Assembly (NCBI GenBank): GCA_001938485.1
Contig: MQRK01193787.1
Location: 1 to 56,036, forward strand
Reading direction: 5' to 3'
DNA: 56,036 nt
Source of the DNA: Girardia tigrina
Taxonomy: Eukaryota
In this document: piece after piece, positions 27,301 to 42,300 of the stretch
Layout: each line of letters opens with the position of its first letter
Position numbering within the stretch: the first letter of the stretch is position 1
Translations under genes and position numbers: made by a program
Notes under the pieces: model-generated
Told to the model about the DNA's origin: nothing
What the model saw: the letters and a program-made list of their open reading frames with translations, nothing else
The model's database searches: none

Positions 27301-30300
27301 AGACATAAATATACGTATTTCCTTCAAAATACCTCGGATCTCCGTGATAGAGAAAAAACAAAGCAATGAAAGTTAGTGCATATAACAATCCACAAACATT
27401 AGCTAAGAATACAAACCAATTAATTTTATGTATGCCCCATCAACGTTATTAAATTTTCGTCGCATACGGCTAATTCAAAAGATTGCATTTATGAAGAAAG
27501 TGCCATCTTTTTTAGTAAATCAATCATTTACAAACGTTACACATTAAAAACGTTGCATCATTAAAATATAACAGGTTCTCAAAAAATTAAAAAGTATAAA
27601 GGTGCAAAATCGAAGATATAAAACAAATGATCAAGGGATGTGCAACTGTAGTCTTGATAGTTTCAATGATAACACAAGAAGAATACTCCAGACAAGCAAC
27701 CGAATCGGGGAGTTTTGTCTTTTCCTCTTTTCTCTGCTTTCTTTTAACATAGTTGCATAGATTGGATCGAAAACAGACGATCCCATGAGGTATGTAATCA
27801 GTATGGATAATACCTTTTCAATCACAGATACAGACAGCGTAAGAAAATTGAGATGTTTGAATGCCAAGTTTAAAGCTTCAAAGTAGGGTTTTCAACAATA
27901 CTTAACTACTCTTTGAATCACGATATTCCAAAGGAAAAGGGGAGAAAGATTCATCCTGAGTACTTATGTGCGACATAAAATGACGACCATGAGAGTTGAA
28001 AGGTTTCAAGTTGGTGGCTATGTATATCTGGTGTATGGAAGTTTGGTACAAATAAAGAGCATATTTTCAGATAAGTCAATTTGGAAGTAATGCATAAACC
28101 TATATAAAACAGATTTTTAATCAACACTAAAACTTTCATATGAATATCGACCTAATGATTCACATCTTGAAATGTTGTCCTCGGAAATATTCTCTGAATG
28201 AGAAACATTTGAAAAGTTTTGATACACAGATGGTCTCTCTTTCATAAATTTTGAAATCCATTTCTTTTTTTTTTGATTTCGAAATATAATTATTTTTATA
28301 AATGTACGTTATATCACGAAATATATTTCAGTGTTCTTATTCAACAAAATAATAAAATTTTATTAAACTTCATTAAACTACCGAGTTCATTGTCCTGGAA
28401 TTCAAGTGAAATATCAAAACAAACATACACATATCCGTTATATGAAACATAATTAGTATGTCAAAACAACTACTTAGTAGTGTTATTACTACTACAAAAT
28501 CAATGAACTAGTATTTCTCCTTCCTATCTAGTCTGCGGCATTTTTGAATGAATCGCATATATTTTTTAATATTTTTAAAGTTTAAAAGCTTTTTCTTCTG
28601 TTAATAAACAGTAAAATCATTAAAAAACACGTAAAAGTAATAATTTTCACATGCTATGTAAGAATTTTAATGGACTTTGAAGATATTGTCGTAGAAGTAA
28701 TGATTATTAGGTCACATTACCCTAAAATCAATGTTCAATCAGAAATCTCAATCGGATTTCATAAAATTGACTGCATGGTTTATTTATATATACATGACGA
28801 TTAATCCAACACAGACACAAGAGATGATGGTCATGAACGATGACGGTTAAACTACCGAAATAAGTTGTCGTTAAAAAACAATATTAAAATGAATGAGCTT
28901 TGTTTTCAAAAAATATTTCAATTTAAAAGACCTATTTATGATGACTTTGTTTCTTTTAAGCTGCTCCTAAAATACTCGATAAATCTCCAAAACAAATAAA
29001 AGCCGTTGCTGGAGAAAAGTTTCAAATAAAAATACCATACTCTGGAGGTTCACCTCTACCAGAAGTAATTTGTGAAGTTGTAAGTTTAGTTATTTGAAGT
29101 AGGAGACAAATCATATTTGTTCTCATTAGAATGGAAAACCAGTCCAACCAAATGAAAATTTTAAAATAGAAATTAGACCAGATGAAATAATTCTGACAAA
29201 TCTAAATCCTAAAAAAGAGGATCAAGGAAATTATAATATCACTTTGAAAAATCCTAAAGGTTCAGATAGTGTACCAGTCAAAGTTATCGTAAATGACAAA
29301 CCTGATAAACCAGATGGTCCTCTAGAAGTTTCTAATGTTACTGGAGACAGTTGTAAGTTATCATGGAAGCCACCTAAAGTTAGATAAATACATTACAAAT
29401 GCGGATTGATTATTATTTTCAATTGTAGGAAAATGGAGGAAGTCCAGTAACAAACTATGTTGTTGAAATGAAAGAACCCGGTACCGGCGAATGGAAGCCT
29501 TTGAGTAGATTTGTAAAAGGAACTGATTATGAAGTTTTTGGACTTGAAGAAGGGAAGCCTTATAGTTTCAGAGTCAAAGCAGAAAATGAATATGGTGTTG
29601 GTGAACCACTGGAAACAGACAAACCAATCATAGCTCAATCACCATTTAGTATTATTTAATTATCTGAACAATAACTTGTTAATGCCCTTATAGCTACACC
29701 TGATAGTCCGACTAATGTTGAGCCTGTAGACGTAGATGAAAACTCAGTGACCCTAGAATGGACAAAGCCTCGAAACGACGGCGGAAAACGTATAACAGGA
29801 TATCAAGTCGAATACAAACCTGAAGGTAGTGATGACTGGGTCAAAGCACCAATTGGATTAGTTAAGGGAACAAGTGCAACAGGTAAAATCAGACCCTTAA
29901 TCTAAGAATCTTATTTTATATTACAGTTCCGAATCTCAAAAAGGGTCAAAAATATCAGTTTAGAGTGAGAGCGAAAAACGATGCTGGATTAAGTGAACCG
30001 AGTCAATGTACAAAGGATATCGAATGTAAACCGAAATACAGTAAGAAAATTTTTATTTATTCTTAACAACTACGCTTTATTTTTAAACTTTTCGTGAAAG
30101 TTCGCAGTAAAATTATCACTTGAAAAACATTGATTTATAAAATATATTAACTGATAAATAGTATAATACAAATTTATAATTCACATAAGTTCAAAAAGAC
30201 CTTCTTGTAGGCAGAACATCGTATCAACCATGGAAAACAAACTTCTCCTGAAGCTAAAAGTATAGCTTGTGCATTGTTATTTCCGGAGTCTAGAAAGATA

Positions 30301-33300
30301 AAATTTTCATTGTATCTGCCATCAGAAAACTTCAAATACAAAAATCAATCCCATTCAGATATAAATCTTTTGATGATCAGTGGTCAGGTTAAATGAAACC
30401 TGGAGGAGTTGTTCAAAATAAGTCAACAGTGACGAGTTTTGAAAAGCCTAGTTTATACAATCATGCTTTAACTACCATCCAATTTTTCATATCTTTTCTT
30501 TACCGCGGAAGATGCTCTTGATGACAAGCAAAGTTTTCAATAAATCGTAGTTTTGTTTTTCCATAGAAGAACTCTGCAAAATACAAAATTACAAGGCTAT
30601 GTAAATTTTGATATTAAACCAGTGTATCTTCATTAGGAATATCAGGTTTCTAATCATTCCTCCATTTTCCATATAACTACCGATTTCTCTTTACCTCAAG
30701 TACTTTCTCTCAACATCTTCTCTACGAACAAAAACTTTAGTTAGATCCTTCAAAGTTGTGATGATTCTCAAGAGAAATTTGTTTTCAGAGTCCTCTCCAT
30801 TTTCTGAGGGTACTTATAAATGAATATTATTTACAACTTGCTGTGACAAAACTTTATCAAGAGTGCTTCAGTAATTGTCCTTTCATAATTGTGATCAAAG
30901 TTACTAATCAAAACCCGAAAATCATAATTTTATTAAAATTTATTAATGATTTTCGGGTTTTGATTATTAACTTTGATAACTATTATGAAAGGACAATTAC
31001 TGAAGCACTCTTGATAAAGTTTTGTAAACCTAGTCTAAATGTGCAAAGTGATTCGTCCAATCATATTAGAGTATTTTGACGTAACACACTGTGACGTAAT
31101 GGTCATCTTTCTATATAAACAATAACTTTCTAATTAAATACAGAACTGAAGATGCCACAAAAGTGGCGAAACATGTTTTCGAAAAAAATTTAAAATTAAA
31201 ATAGTGTTATTTGTGTTTAATTTTAAATAGAATTAATTAAATTTTGGTGAATTGTCGCACAGAAAATTTGTGGTATGTATCAATTATATTTATATTGATG
31301 AAAGTTTACTGAATTCAATGTAGAACAAGCAAGAAATTTTTAAGTAAAAATATGTTGCATAATTTCGTTCTTTCATGCAATTCTCTGAGAACGGTAAAAT
31401 AATTTCAAAGTTAACTAATAAATCAAAAAATAACTAGAGTTACTAGATTTACTTAATGTTTAGATACTAATTTGGCTTGCCCTTGGGAGGACGACAAATA
31501 ATGTAGAAATCTGGCTGGGTGAAGGAAATGAAACAATTTATATTTTTCATTATTAAATAAAAGTTTGAGAACTAAAACTTTTGGTGTTATGTAACATTTT
31601 GGGGGATGGGTGATGGGTCTAGCGATTTGTGACATGAGGGATTGGGGGGTCAAAAATCGGATTTTTGCGTTACGTATTAAATGAACATTGATAAATTTCT
31701 CAAAACTATTTTAATACAATTTAACAATATTGTACGAATGTTATTGTACGAATCCTTACTTTAATTATCGAATTATTTGAAATCTCACGTAATCTCAGTG
31801 AAATGAAAAATGAACTATATTATCATTTTCATAATAATTATTTTATTTTTTACGTTAAATACAAGAATAAATACAGATTTACCTTATACTCGAAATTGTT
31901 TTTCGTGATTATTTTATTATACTTGATTATCAATCCAAATTATTTTAGATTGATTTTTTTATAATCAATATTGATTATTAATACTTTCTTTTTAAAGCCA
32001 CACCGGATGCCCCAAGTACACCAATCATTGAGAAAGTTGGAAAAGATTCCGTGGAACTTTCTTGGCCAAAACCAATTAAAGATGGTGGAAATAAAATTAC
32101 TGGCTATCAGGTTGAAAAGAGAAAGAAAGGTGGAGATTGGGAGCCTGTTAACGACCGACCAACGCCGAATAATCATATGACAATTCCGAATTTGGAAGAA
32201 AATGGAGAGTATGAATTCCGAGTCAAAGCAGTTAATGCTGCAGGTCCAGGTGAAGCTAGTGAACCAACTTTACCAACGAAGATCTTCGATAAATCCGGTA
32301 CAAAGATATTTTTAAATTTTTATAAAATCATTTGTTTTTTTAGCTGGAACTGCTCCAGAATTCTTAAGCAAAATCTCTCCAGCCACTTCAGCAATGGGAG
32401 GATCTGCTAAATTCCAGTGCAGAGTAGATGGAAAACCAACTCCTGAAGTTAGATGGTTGAAAAATGGAATAGAATTGAGACCATCAGCTAAAGTGAAAAT
32501 GACCGATGATGACGGACTTTTGACTTTAGAAATAGCCGATGTCGAAGATAAGGATGGTGGAACAATTACTTGTGAAATTAAGAACAAAGCTGGAAAAGAT
32601 AGTTGTAGTGCACCCTTTGAAGTTCTTAGTGAGTGAATTTGATTTGTAATCCACATATAATAACTTGAAATATTAAATTGAAATTAGGTGTCCCAAAAGT
32701 TCTGTCAAATGTTTCCGATCAAGTTGCCGAAGTTGGGGAAACTATTAAATTAAAAATACCATTTAACGGTCATGGAAATATAAAACTTACTTTAAAGAAA
32801 GATAATAAAGAAGTTCCAGAATCAGATAAAGTGAAGATAAACGAATTTGATGGATTTGTAACTGTTCAGTTAAAGGGTAAGTTTTAGGGACACATGAAGC
32901 ATTATTAATACCTTTTAGATGTGAGTCCTGAGGATGCCGGAAACTATAAACTTGAAATCGCCAATGAAAGTGGTTCAACAGCTGTTCCTTTTAAAACGAA
33001 AGTTATCGGTAATATTCACGAATTATAGTTATAATTTCAAACTGACTCTTTTTTAATACAAGATTCGCCCGGTAAATGCGGTGGACCTTTAGTGGCCTCA
33101 GATATAACTAAAAATACATGTAATTTATCTTGGAAACCACCTCAAAATGATGGAGGAAGCAAAATTCAACATTATGTCGTTGAGAAAAAAGAACCAGGTA
33201 AAGATCAATGGGTGACAATATCTTCCATGTGTAAGGAGCCAAGATTTCCGGTTCAAGGTCTTCAAGAAGATCAGCATTATAAATTTCGTGTTGCTGCGGT

Positions 33301-36300
33301 TAATCAACATGGACCGGGAGAGTATTTAGAAATAGAAAATGATGTTATAGCTAAACTTCCGTTTGGTAAAATTTATGATAAATTAATAAACGAATTATTA
33401 TTGGTGATACAAATTAGATAAACCGGAAGCACCAGGAGAACCCACGGTCACAGAAGTTGGTGGAGATTTCGTTAGTCTATCATGGACGAAACCACCAAAC
33501 GATGGAGGCGGAAAAATAAAAGGATATTACATTGAAAAGAGAGAAGCAGGTAGTCCAAACTGGACGAAAGTTAACTTTCAATCATGTCTTCCAACAACAA
33601 TCAACATTCCAAATTTAATAGAGGATAAGAGTTACGAATTTAGAGTTTTTGCAGAGAATGAAGCTGGATTAAGTAAACCGTCAGTTGCATCGAAAGTCGT
33701 TAAAGTCAAAGATCCAAAAGGTAAATGACGAGTTGATGACATTATATATTACTTTTATTATTTGTTTTCTAATAACTTGTAAGTCTAAATGATTCTTGAT
33801 ATAATATTTAATTATATTTAATAAATACATAAAATGCGAATTAACAATGTAACTTGTCTTTTACAGCTTGCTCTCTTCCGGAATTTGTACAAGGATTAAA
33901 ACCAGTTACGGTAACGGAAGGGAAGACGGCCAAATTTGAAGTCACAATTGACGGAACTCCTCCATTAGATGTCACATGGTATAAAGGAGTCAGAGAACTT
34001 CAAGAGTCTCCAAGAATAGATATCGGCAAAGAGGGCAATAAATACTATCTAAATATTCATGATTGCTCAGGAGAAGATGCCGATGAATATAGTGTTAAAG
34101 CTTCAACAAGGTCTGGGTCAAGATTATCCAGAGCAGATCTTGTAATTAAAAGTAATTTGATTAGTATTTTGTTTGTTTTGAGTTATTAAGAATAATTTAG
34201 CGCCTCCTCATATAAAATTACCGGCAAGATTCAATGATGTTACATCTTGGGATAAAGGAGATAATATTGTTGTGAAAATTCCATTTACCGGTGTTCCAAA
34301 ACCAACAGCTAGATGGACGTTGAATGGGGAAGAATTAAAACCCTCTAGAAATGTATCTGTTGAGTTAAGAGAAAGACATGCTATATTGACAATTGAAAAC
34401 GCAAATAAATCCAATTCCGGAATATACAGCCTCACATTGGAAAATGAACTCGGCTCTGATCACGCCAAATTTGAACTAGAAGTCAATGATGCACCTAACA
34501 AACCGACAGGAGTAAGGGTGGAGGGTCACCTAGAAAATGGCGTCATGTTGTCCTGGACTCCACCTGTTTCGGAATCCGGTAAAAAAGGTTACATATCAGA
34601 ATATCACATAGAGAAAAAAGAGCTTCCCGACGGAAATTGGGTGCGTTGTGCGACTTCTCGGTTCCCTACTGTTCAACTTGATAATTTGCGCAATGGAAAA
34701 GATTATCAGTTTAGAGTTGTCGCTGAAAATCTCCATGGTCGAAGTGAACCAAGCGATGAAATTGGACCCATTACAATTGGGGAATCGTTTATCAAACCAA
34801 AGAAGAACAATCTTGATCAATCTTCTCGAAATCGGGGCGATTATGACGGACCTCCAATTGACAACTATGATAAATTCTGTAATTTTTATTATATTATTTA
34901 TATTCTTTTTTAATATATTTTTACTTGTCATATATAAAATTAAAAAATATTTTTTACTGACCAGTGTTATAGATGGGAGTTGTAGAGCCTATACAACTGT
35001 GCAGGGAGTGTAAACCGGTTAACCAGTTATTCGATATTTGCCAATTATGCGTAATATTCGTCTATTCGGTTAATCGATTTTTTTGGACGATTGACCGATT
35101 ATTACACTATTTCAACATGTATTTCAAAGAATAACAATTGTATTTTAAATTCGTAAATTGTATTTCAAAAAATAAAAATTGTATTGAAAAAAGACCCCAA
35201 GTTTATTTAGGTGTACCTTGAGTATTTGATCTTCACAGTATAAGAAAAAAATAAATGTCAATTTGTTAATTATAACTATTTTCAATGAATAAATTTGTTC
35301 TTAGACATAATACCAAACTGTATAGCTTCAGTAAATCATGTTTCGGAATTTAAATTTAAATGATCATATTGTTATCTTTATTTATGTTTCAATTTTCATC
35401 TTCTCCTGCCTAATGAAAATCTTAATTTGAATTAAAATCGTTCCTTTGTTATCCCTAAATTATTTTGAGTTTTTGTTATCCGGTTAACCGGTTATTAAGA
35501 GACAAAATATTAGGTTAATCTGTAAACCAGATAACCGATTAATTTACTCTTCCTACAACTTTGATATTCTTAGGAATATTGGTTCTATAATAAATTTAGA
35601 AGCCATTTATTCTCTTCAGCATGGGCAAAGTAGGTTCTAGTCCTCTTCGAACTAAGTTCCATTTCGTTCTTTTCTTCCTTAATTGACGTATTATATATTC
35701 CTCTACTTTTATACTTAAAACATTTATCGAATGTTTGTTGTAGTTTTAATAATTATTTGATGTGTTTCGAAGACCCTTGAAAATCGTTAATTTAAAGTAT
35801 CATTAAAATATTATTTAACAAAAAAATTCTCTCACATTTCTCTTGAAACAAAATAACAACAAGAAGCAACTTCTTTCGTGTATGTTGACATCTATATTTA
35901 AATGATAGAGGGTTTCATATATTTTGTTGATAGGAAGGGGTCGGTAAAATTGTTCTTTTTACTAATAATATTGTACTCCTTCAGTTGAAGTTTGATAAAG
36001 AAACTGATTCTTATTCATCTATTATTGTACATAAATGCATTTTAAAATATTTCAAAAAGTAAGATTGATCCAACATTCTATTTTCAGATCATGATTTATG
36101 GAACAAGTATAAACCTCAACCGGTGGAAATCAAAAGTGGTAGTGTCCATAATAACTATGAAATTCTGGAAGAACTTGGAAGGTTAAATACTTTTATACAT
36201 CTATTTTTATATCCATAAAGTATTACAAAATAAGTCTTTTTAGGCTTCATTTTGAAAAAGTTTAAAGCATCATATCCCTATACAAATCCTGCAATATAAT

Positions 36301-39300
36301 TTTTGATTCTTTTTCTCCAATGAAACATAAACTGTGATTGATCACTCTGGATGGGCCTTGATGTTTTTTTGAGCTGGGGTACCTTTATTTTTGATTTTCG
36401 ACCACTCCTAGGCCTGTATTGCAGACTCTCGTTTGCAGACAATCGTTTGACGCCTCGACCTACTGTTCGTACAGAGCATCCCAGAGGTTCCACAATGTCA
36501 TCGTCAAGGGGCCCTCGCGAAGCAATGTTGCAATCTGAGCACGTTTTGTTGCTATGCGTTTATTAACAGATTTCCAAATATCAAAAATTGATTAACAAAA
36601 GAATATCAATACTTATAATGTCTAAAATAAGTGTAAATAAATTGCTGTATATCAGCTTACGTTCCTTAAATCTAGTGACAAAGTTAGCTGACAAGACTTT
36701 TACAACACCCGGTATATGCATTCGATCTATCCTTTAAATGCAATAAAATGTTCCTATAAAAATTTACTTTTTAGAAATAAGCCCCCTTCTTTGATCCATT
36801 CCTAAAACACAAATGTTTCAATTTGACAAATTATTAAGTCTTTCTTAACGTATAAATAATTTTAATGATTAATCTCAATTTATTTGTGCAGTGGGGCCTT
36901 TGGTCAAGTCTATCGATGCCGAGAATTAGCAACTGGGAAAATATTTGTCGCTAAATTCATTGACACTCCTCACCAAGTGGACAAGAATGCCGTGAAACAT
37001 GAGATTGATACTTTAAATCACTTGCATCATCCGAAGTTATTGAATCTTCATGATGCCTTTGAAGATAAAGATGAAATGTGCTTGATAATGGAATTGTAAA
37101 CGATTTTAATAACATAATAAAATATGACTATAAAACCTGTTCATTAGTTTATCCGGTGGGGAACTTTTCGATAGAATTTGTGAGGATGGTTACAATATGA
37201 ATGAGGCTGAAGCTGCTAACTATATTAGACAAGTTTGTGAGGGTCTTAAATTTATGCACGACGATGGTTATATTCATCTTGATTTGAAAGTAATGTAAAT
37301 ATTTTGTTAGATACTTCTCTAATCTCTTTATTTTAGCCGGAGAATATCATGTGTGAGACCAGCAACAGTAATCGAATTAAAATCATTGATTTTGGATTAT
37401 CCACAAAATTGAATCCCAATGAACCGGTGAAAGTTACAACAGCAACAGCGGAATTTGCCGCTCCAGAAATAGCAGAAGTAGAACCAGTTGGTTTCTACAC
37501 CGATATGTGGGCAGTCGGTGTCTTATCGTACGTCTTGTAAGCATCAACTATACCTTTTTATTATTTGATAATACGTCATATTCTCTAGATTGAGTGGTCT
37601 ATCCCCATTCGGAGGCGATGATGACTATCAGACTCTTCAAAATGTCAAAAAGTGCGCATTTGATTTCAATGATGATGCTTTTAAAAACGTTTCCGATGAT
37701 GCGAAAGATTTCATTAGAAAACTATTGATAAGAACACCACAGTAAATATCGTTTTACTGTTTGAGCATGTTATATTTAATGTCTCTCATAGAAAAAGAAT
37801 GACTGTTTATGAATCCCTTGACCATCCATGGCTATTAAAATCATATGAAGGACAAACTAAAAAGATTCCCAGCAGTAGATATGATAGACTCCGTCAACAA
37901 ATGCATGACAGAATAGTAAGAACAAAACGTATTTTATCTATAAATTATATGTCATACTCTAAAAGGGTTCTCAATGGAATCGGAAACCAAATATTGGTCA
38001 TATTGCGAACTATAGTTCTATTCGGAAAAACAGACCTGTTGATTTCAAAATTCATGAAACTAGTTTTGGTAATTATTATTATTATTATTATTATGAACAC
38101 CAATATGGGTTTTCGAACATTTATTTTCAATACAATTTGAATTGGCCTTTGGACAACTCTCAGCAAAGCTTTCATAATTTGGCTTCGTTCTAAATTGATA
38201 AATTTTTGTTAATGTTTTTTAATAAACAATTATTCGAACAAATTTTTCATTATTTTCAGATTTTATTTTTAAAGTTCTAATTTTATAATTTTAGTATTAA
38301 TTTTATATACACATTAATTTTATTTTAAAAATGATCTTACTTAAAGAAAAAACATTTAATTAATCAATTTAAAAATTAGTTAAAAGTTATTTAAAAGTCA
38401 AAAAATTTTCGTCAGAATATATTGTGATTAATTTCGACGGATCAACCGTCATCATCAGACTGAATTAACAATGATATACTCGCGTTTATATATCAAAGCA
38501 ATGTTTATGTAATCATTATGTCATTTAAATCATGAAAATACTTTCAATAAAGTTGAAGAGGATGGTGTTTGGACATTGATTTTAGGATCAAAAAATTTGA
38601 TCAACAATTCTTCACACATCATCCTCTCCCAGTAATTATCAAATTGTGAATACAACGTCGAAATTAATCACAATATATTCTGACGAAAATTTTTTGACTT
38701 TTAAAAATTCATTATCGTCATTTTTTAAATATTTATATAAAAGTTATAAACTTTATTTAAATTTTTAATATTAAAATTTGAAACGATTTAATATTTTTCA
38801 AGTTTTTAAATACCATATGCTGTAATTTAAAATGCTAATTATGCTCGAATAATTATTCATCGTGAACATCCAAAATATCAATTTTCCATCTGGGTGGGAG
38901 AAACACATTTCCAAATACTAAACTCAACATGTAAAATTCAACATACCAAATTTAAAATATTCCTCACAATTATAATTATAATTATAATTATAATTAAAAC
39001 ATTCTTAAGTCAATCAAAGTTTATTAATTTCGATGGTTTAACCGTCATCGTCATCAGAACAAATGATTTTTCAAACGAAATTTACTTATATAGTGCAGTT
39101 AATGATTATGCAATGAATACGTAATCAGCACATCCTTTAAAAACTCTCAACAAAGTTGTAGAGAGTGCAGTTTGAACGTCAATTTTAGGATCCAAAGATC
39201 TTATATAAAACGCTGCACATGTCATTCTCTCCCAATAATTTTTATATTGAGTGCACAGAATTTTAAAGTGTTGTGAATTTATATCTCCTTTACAATGTCT

Positions 39301-42300
39301 TCTATGTCCTGCAATGTTACTTCACCTTCATTGCGACTGTGTTCCTGGATTGTCTTACAGAGATGACGTGAAGTCTCTCCAATGTATGTGGCGTTACACC
39401 CATTACATATATATTGGTAAATGAGATCTGAACGCAATCCTAATGGCGTTGGAGATTTATTGCCGAATTTTCAATTTTCTGAGTACGGGATATTACTTTT
39501 AAACTTATTGCATTATCTAACTCTTTCAAAATAGAATTTTTAAATATTTTAAACCCCTCTGAATATGGTACAGTTAACACATAACCAATTTCCAAACTTT
39601 TATCATTAGTGTTGCAAGATTGCTCTTGATCTTGAACATCTAAAATTTTAGTATTATTTTTTTGTCAATTAATTTATCAATAGTTTCCTTTGTTAATTAA
39701 TTCACTATCGATTTTGAATATCTATTATCATATAATAATTTGTTTAATTTATTAAGGCTGTCATTACATCCTTTATATGTAGATGAAAGAGCCCATGAGC
39801 GAAAAATAAAACCTTTAATCCTATTTCGACGATATTTGGATTCACGGAAACTAATCGGTATTGTATACAACCCCGTGTCAGTTTTCTTTCTGTAAATCTT
39901 CGTCTCATAACGTCCGTTTTTTCTCTCAATTTATAAATCAAGAAAGGACAATTTCTTATCTTGTTCTTTCTCCATAGTAAACTTTACATTTGAATGCAAA
40001 GAATTCATATAATTTAAAAATGGAGAAATATCTGTTTCATTTTGAAAAATCAAAAAAATATCATCAACATAGCGTTTATACGCTAGAGGTTTCCGACCAA
40101 CAAAAGAATCGACTTTATCTTCAATACTCGAAATAAATATTGAAGTCAAAGTGGGGGCTAATGGTGAACCCATAGCTACTCCATCAACTTGTTTGTACCA
40201 GTCATTATTGAACAGAAAATGCACATCTTGACGTGGCAAAACTTAACAATTCACGAAATGCAACTTCATCAAGTATACTGTGATTAGTAGTATTACTTCT
40301 CCAAAGATTGCAGCACAAATCAATAGGCTCTTTCAATGGAACGTTTGTAAATAAACTGACAACATCAAAAGAAGTCATAATTTCATCATTATTTTTAATA
40401 TCAAATTATGAAATAAAATCCACAAATTCAAAACTATCAAGACACCCAAAACCTTTTGGAATTAAAGGTTTCAACATGACATCGAGAAATTTTGCAATTT
40501 CATATTGTGATGTTCTAATCATCGACAATACTGGACACATTGGAACACCTTCTTTATGTACCTTAGGTAAACCATAAAGTTTATCAGGTTGTGATCCTAC
40601 TGGCTTTAATTTCTTCGCGACATCTTTATTTATATGATTATTATTAGCCAATTTTAATAATAGGTATCTATTTATAGGAAATATATTTCTTAGTAGACAT
40701 AATTTATACCAGGGGTTCAAAACCTTTTCAGACAATGGGCTCTTGATAAATATCGTTACCTCCAAAGACCTGCTACATTTTTTCACGATATATATGTAGT
40801 TAATGGACAATCATATTGTTGGAATATAAAAGTATATTTACAAAATTTACATTCAAAACAATAAACCTACTGTACATTATTTGTCCATGTGTATACAAAC
40901 AGAAAATCAATAATTATTTCGGTACACACTCAATGAGAAATTTTAGGCTTAGTCAATGAACCACATTTTTTCGGAATGACGCGAGATAAGGTAGGGAGAT
41001 ATTCACAGATGAAAGTAGGTATCCTTTGCATGTAATTGATGGAAGAATTACGGTTTGGTCATAACCATTTTAGGCTTTTAGTACCACCATGGTTGCGCTT
41101 GCCACCGTTTGACAACCACTGCATTATATTATAAATAATACGCTAATGTGTTTTTCACTTCTCCCTCCAAAAAATATGGTTTTGGACATTATATTTAGCT
41201 AGATATATCTAAATTAATTATTTGAAAGATATATTTGCATAGTCCAAAATTTTGACTTTATTGCTTTGGACTTTTAGTCCAGAATATTCTATCCAAAATA
41301 AAATTTTATGACTCTTGTGTACGTATTTTCACGACAACATCATGCTTAACGACCAGTAGAGATTAAAGATCATCGAGCTTGTTCTATAAAATAATCTGTA
41401 TAGTATAAATGTTAATGTCACATGTTCTCATCATCAATTATCTCACAGACCGGAAAGAGGCTGGTCCGAGGTTTATTAGGAAACCGTCGAATCAGTTGGT
41501 TGGCGAAACTCAAAATGCCGAATTCAGCTGCAAAATCGTAGCAGTAGCCGCTCCGATTGTTACATGGTGAGACTGATGTTTTAGATTTATATGTTGACAT
41601 AAATTATTTAAGGTTACACAATGACGTCCCTTTGACACAGAGTGTCAAATACATGCAAAGATATTCAGGAAAAGATTATAGTTTAAAAATAAATAGATCG
41701 AAATTGGAAGATCAAGGAGAATATGTTGTAAGGGCAGAAAATAGTTTCGGCAAAAAAGAACATACTGCTCTACTAAATGTTCAACCAATGATGAATAATA
41801 TATCAGGTAATACCTTAACCTTTCTTAATAAATAATAAATGCATTTATTTATTTAAAGCTATGCCAAAAGAATCAACACCTATGCGTCGTAGATTTGAAG
41901 AGGCTCAAATTGACATGTTTCATGAAGAAGAAAAAAAACCACGCTTCGCATTTCCTCTTAGAAATCGATTCATACAATCGGGTAATAGCGTGAAGATCAT
42001 GTGCACTGCCGATGGACATCCGACTCCTGAAATACAATGGTAAGGAGTATCACAAATGTTTGTTGTCGTAAAATTTCATTTCTGCTTTCATTTAAGGTTT
42101 AAAGATGGAGTAGAATTAATTAAAGGAAAATGTGATTATGAAATTTCCACTTTATGTGGAATTACATCTCTCGAGGTTTATTCATGCGGTCTCCAAGATG
42201 CTGGGAAATATAGTTGCCGCATAACGAATAAGTTAGGACAAGATGAAACATCAATGAAACTTCATGTTGAACGTAAGTAATTTGATTAATAATGCCTACT

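Noticed and set aside
27600-30840. Decayed coding-like intronic DNA at 27600-28260 and 30180-30840 (also 18170-18830)
   Set aside because: Probably old TE remnants, but no motif was clear enough to assign a family.
5914-34931. Minus-strand ORFs overlapping twitchin exons (e.g. 5914-6372, 24426-24710, 25751-26056, 32312-32656)
   Set aside because: These are antisense shadows of coding exons.
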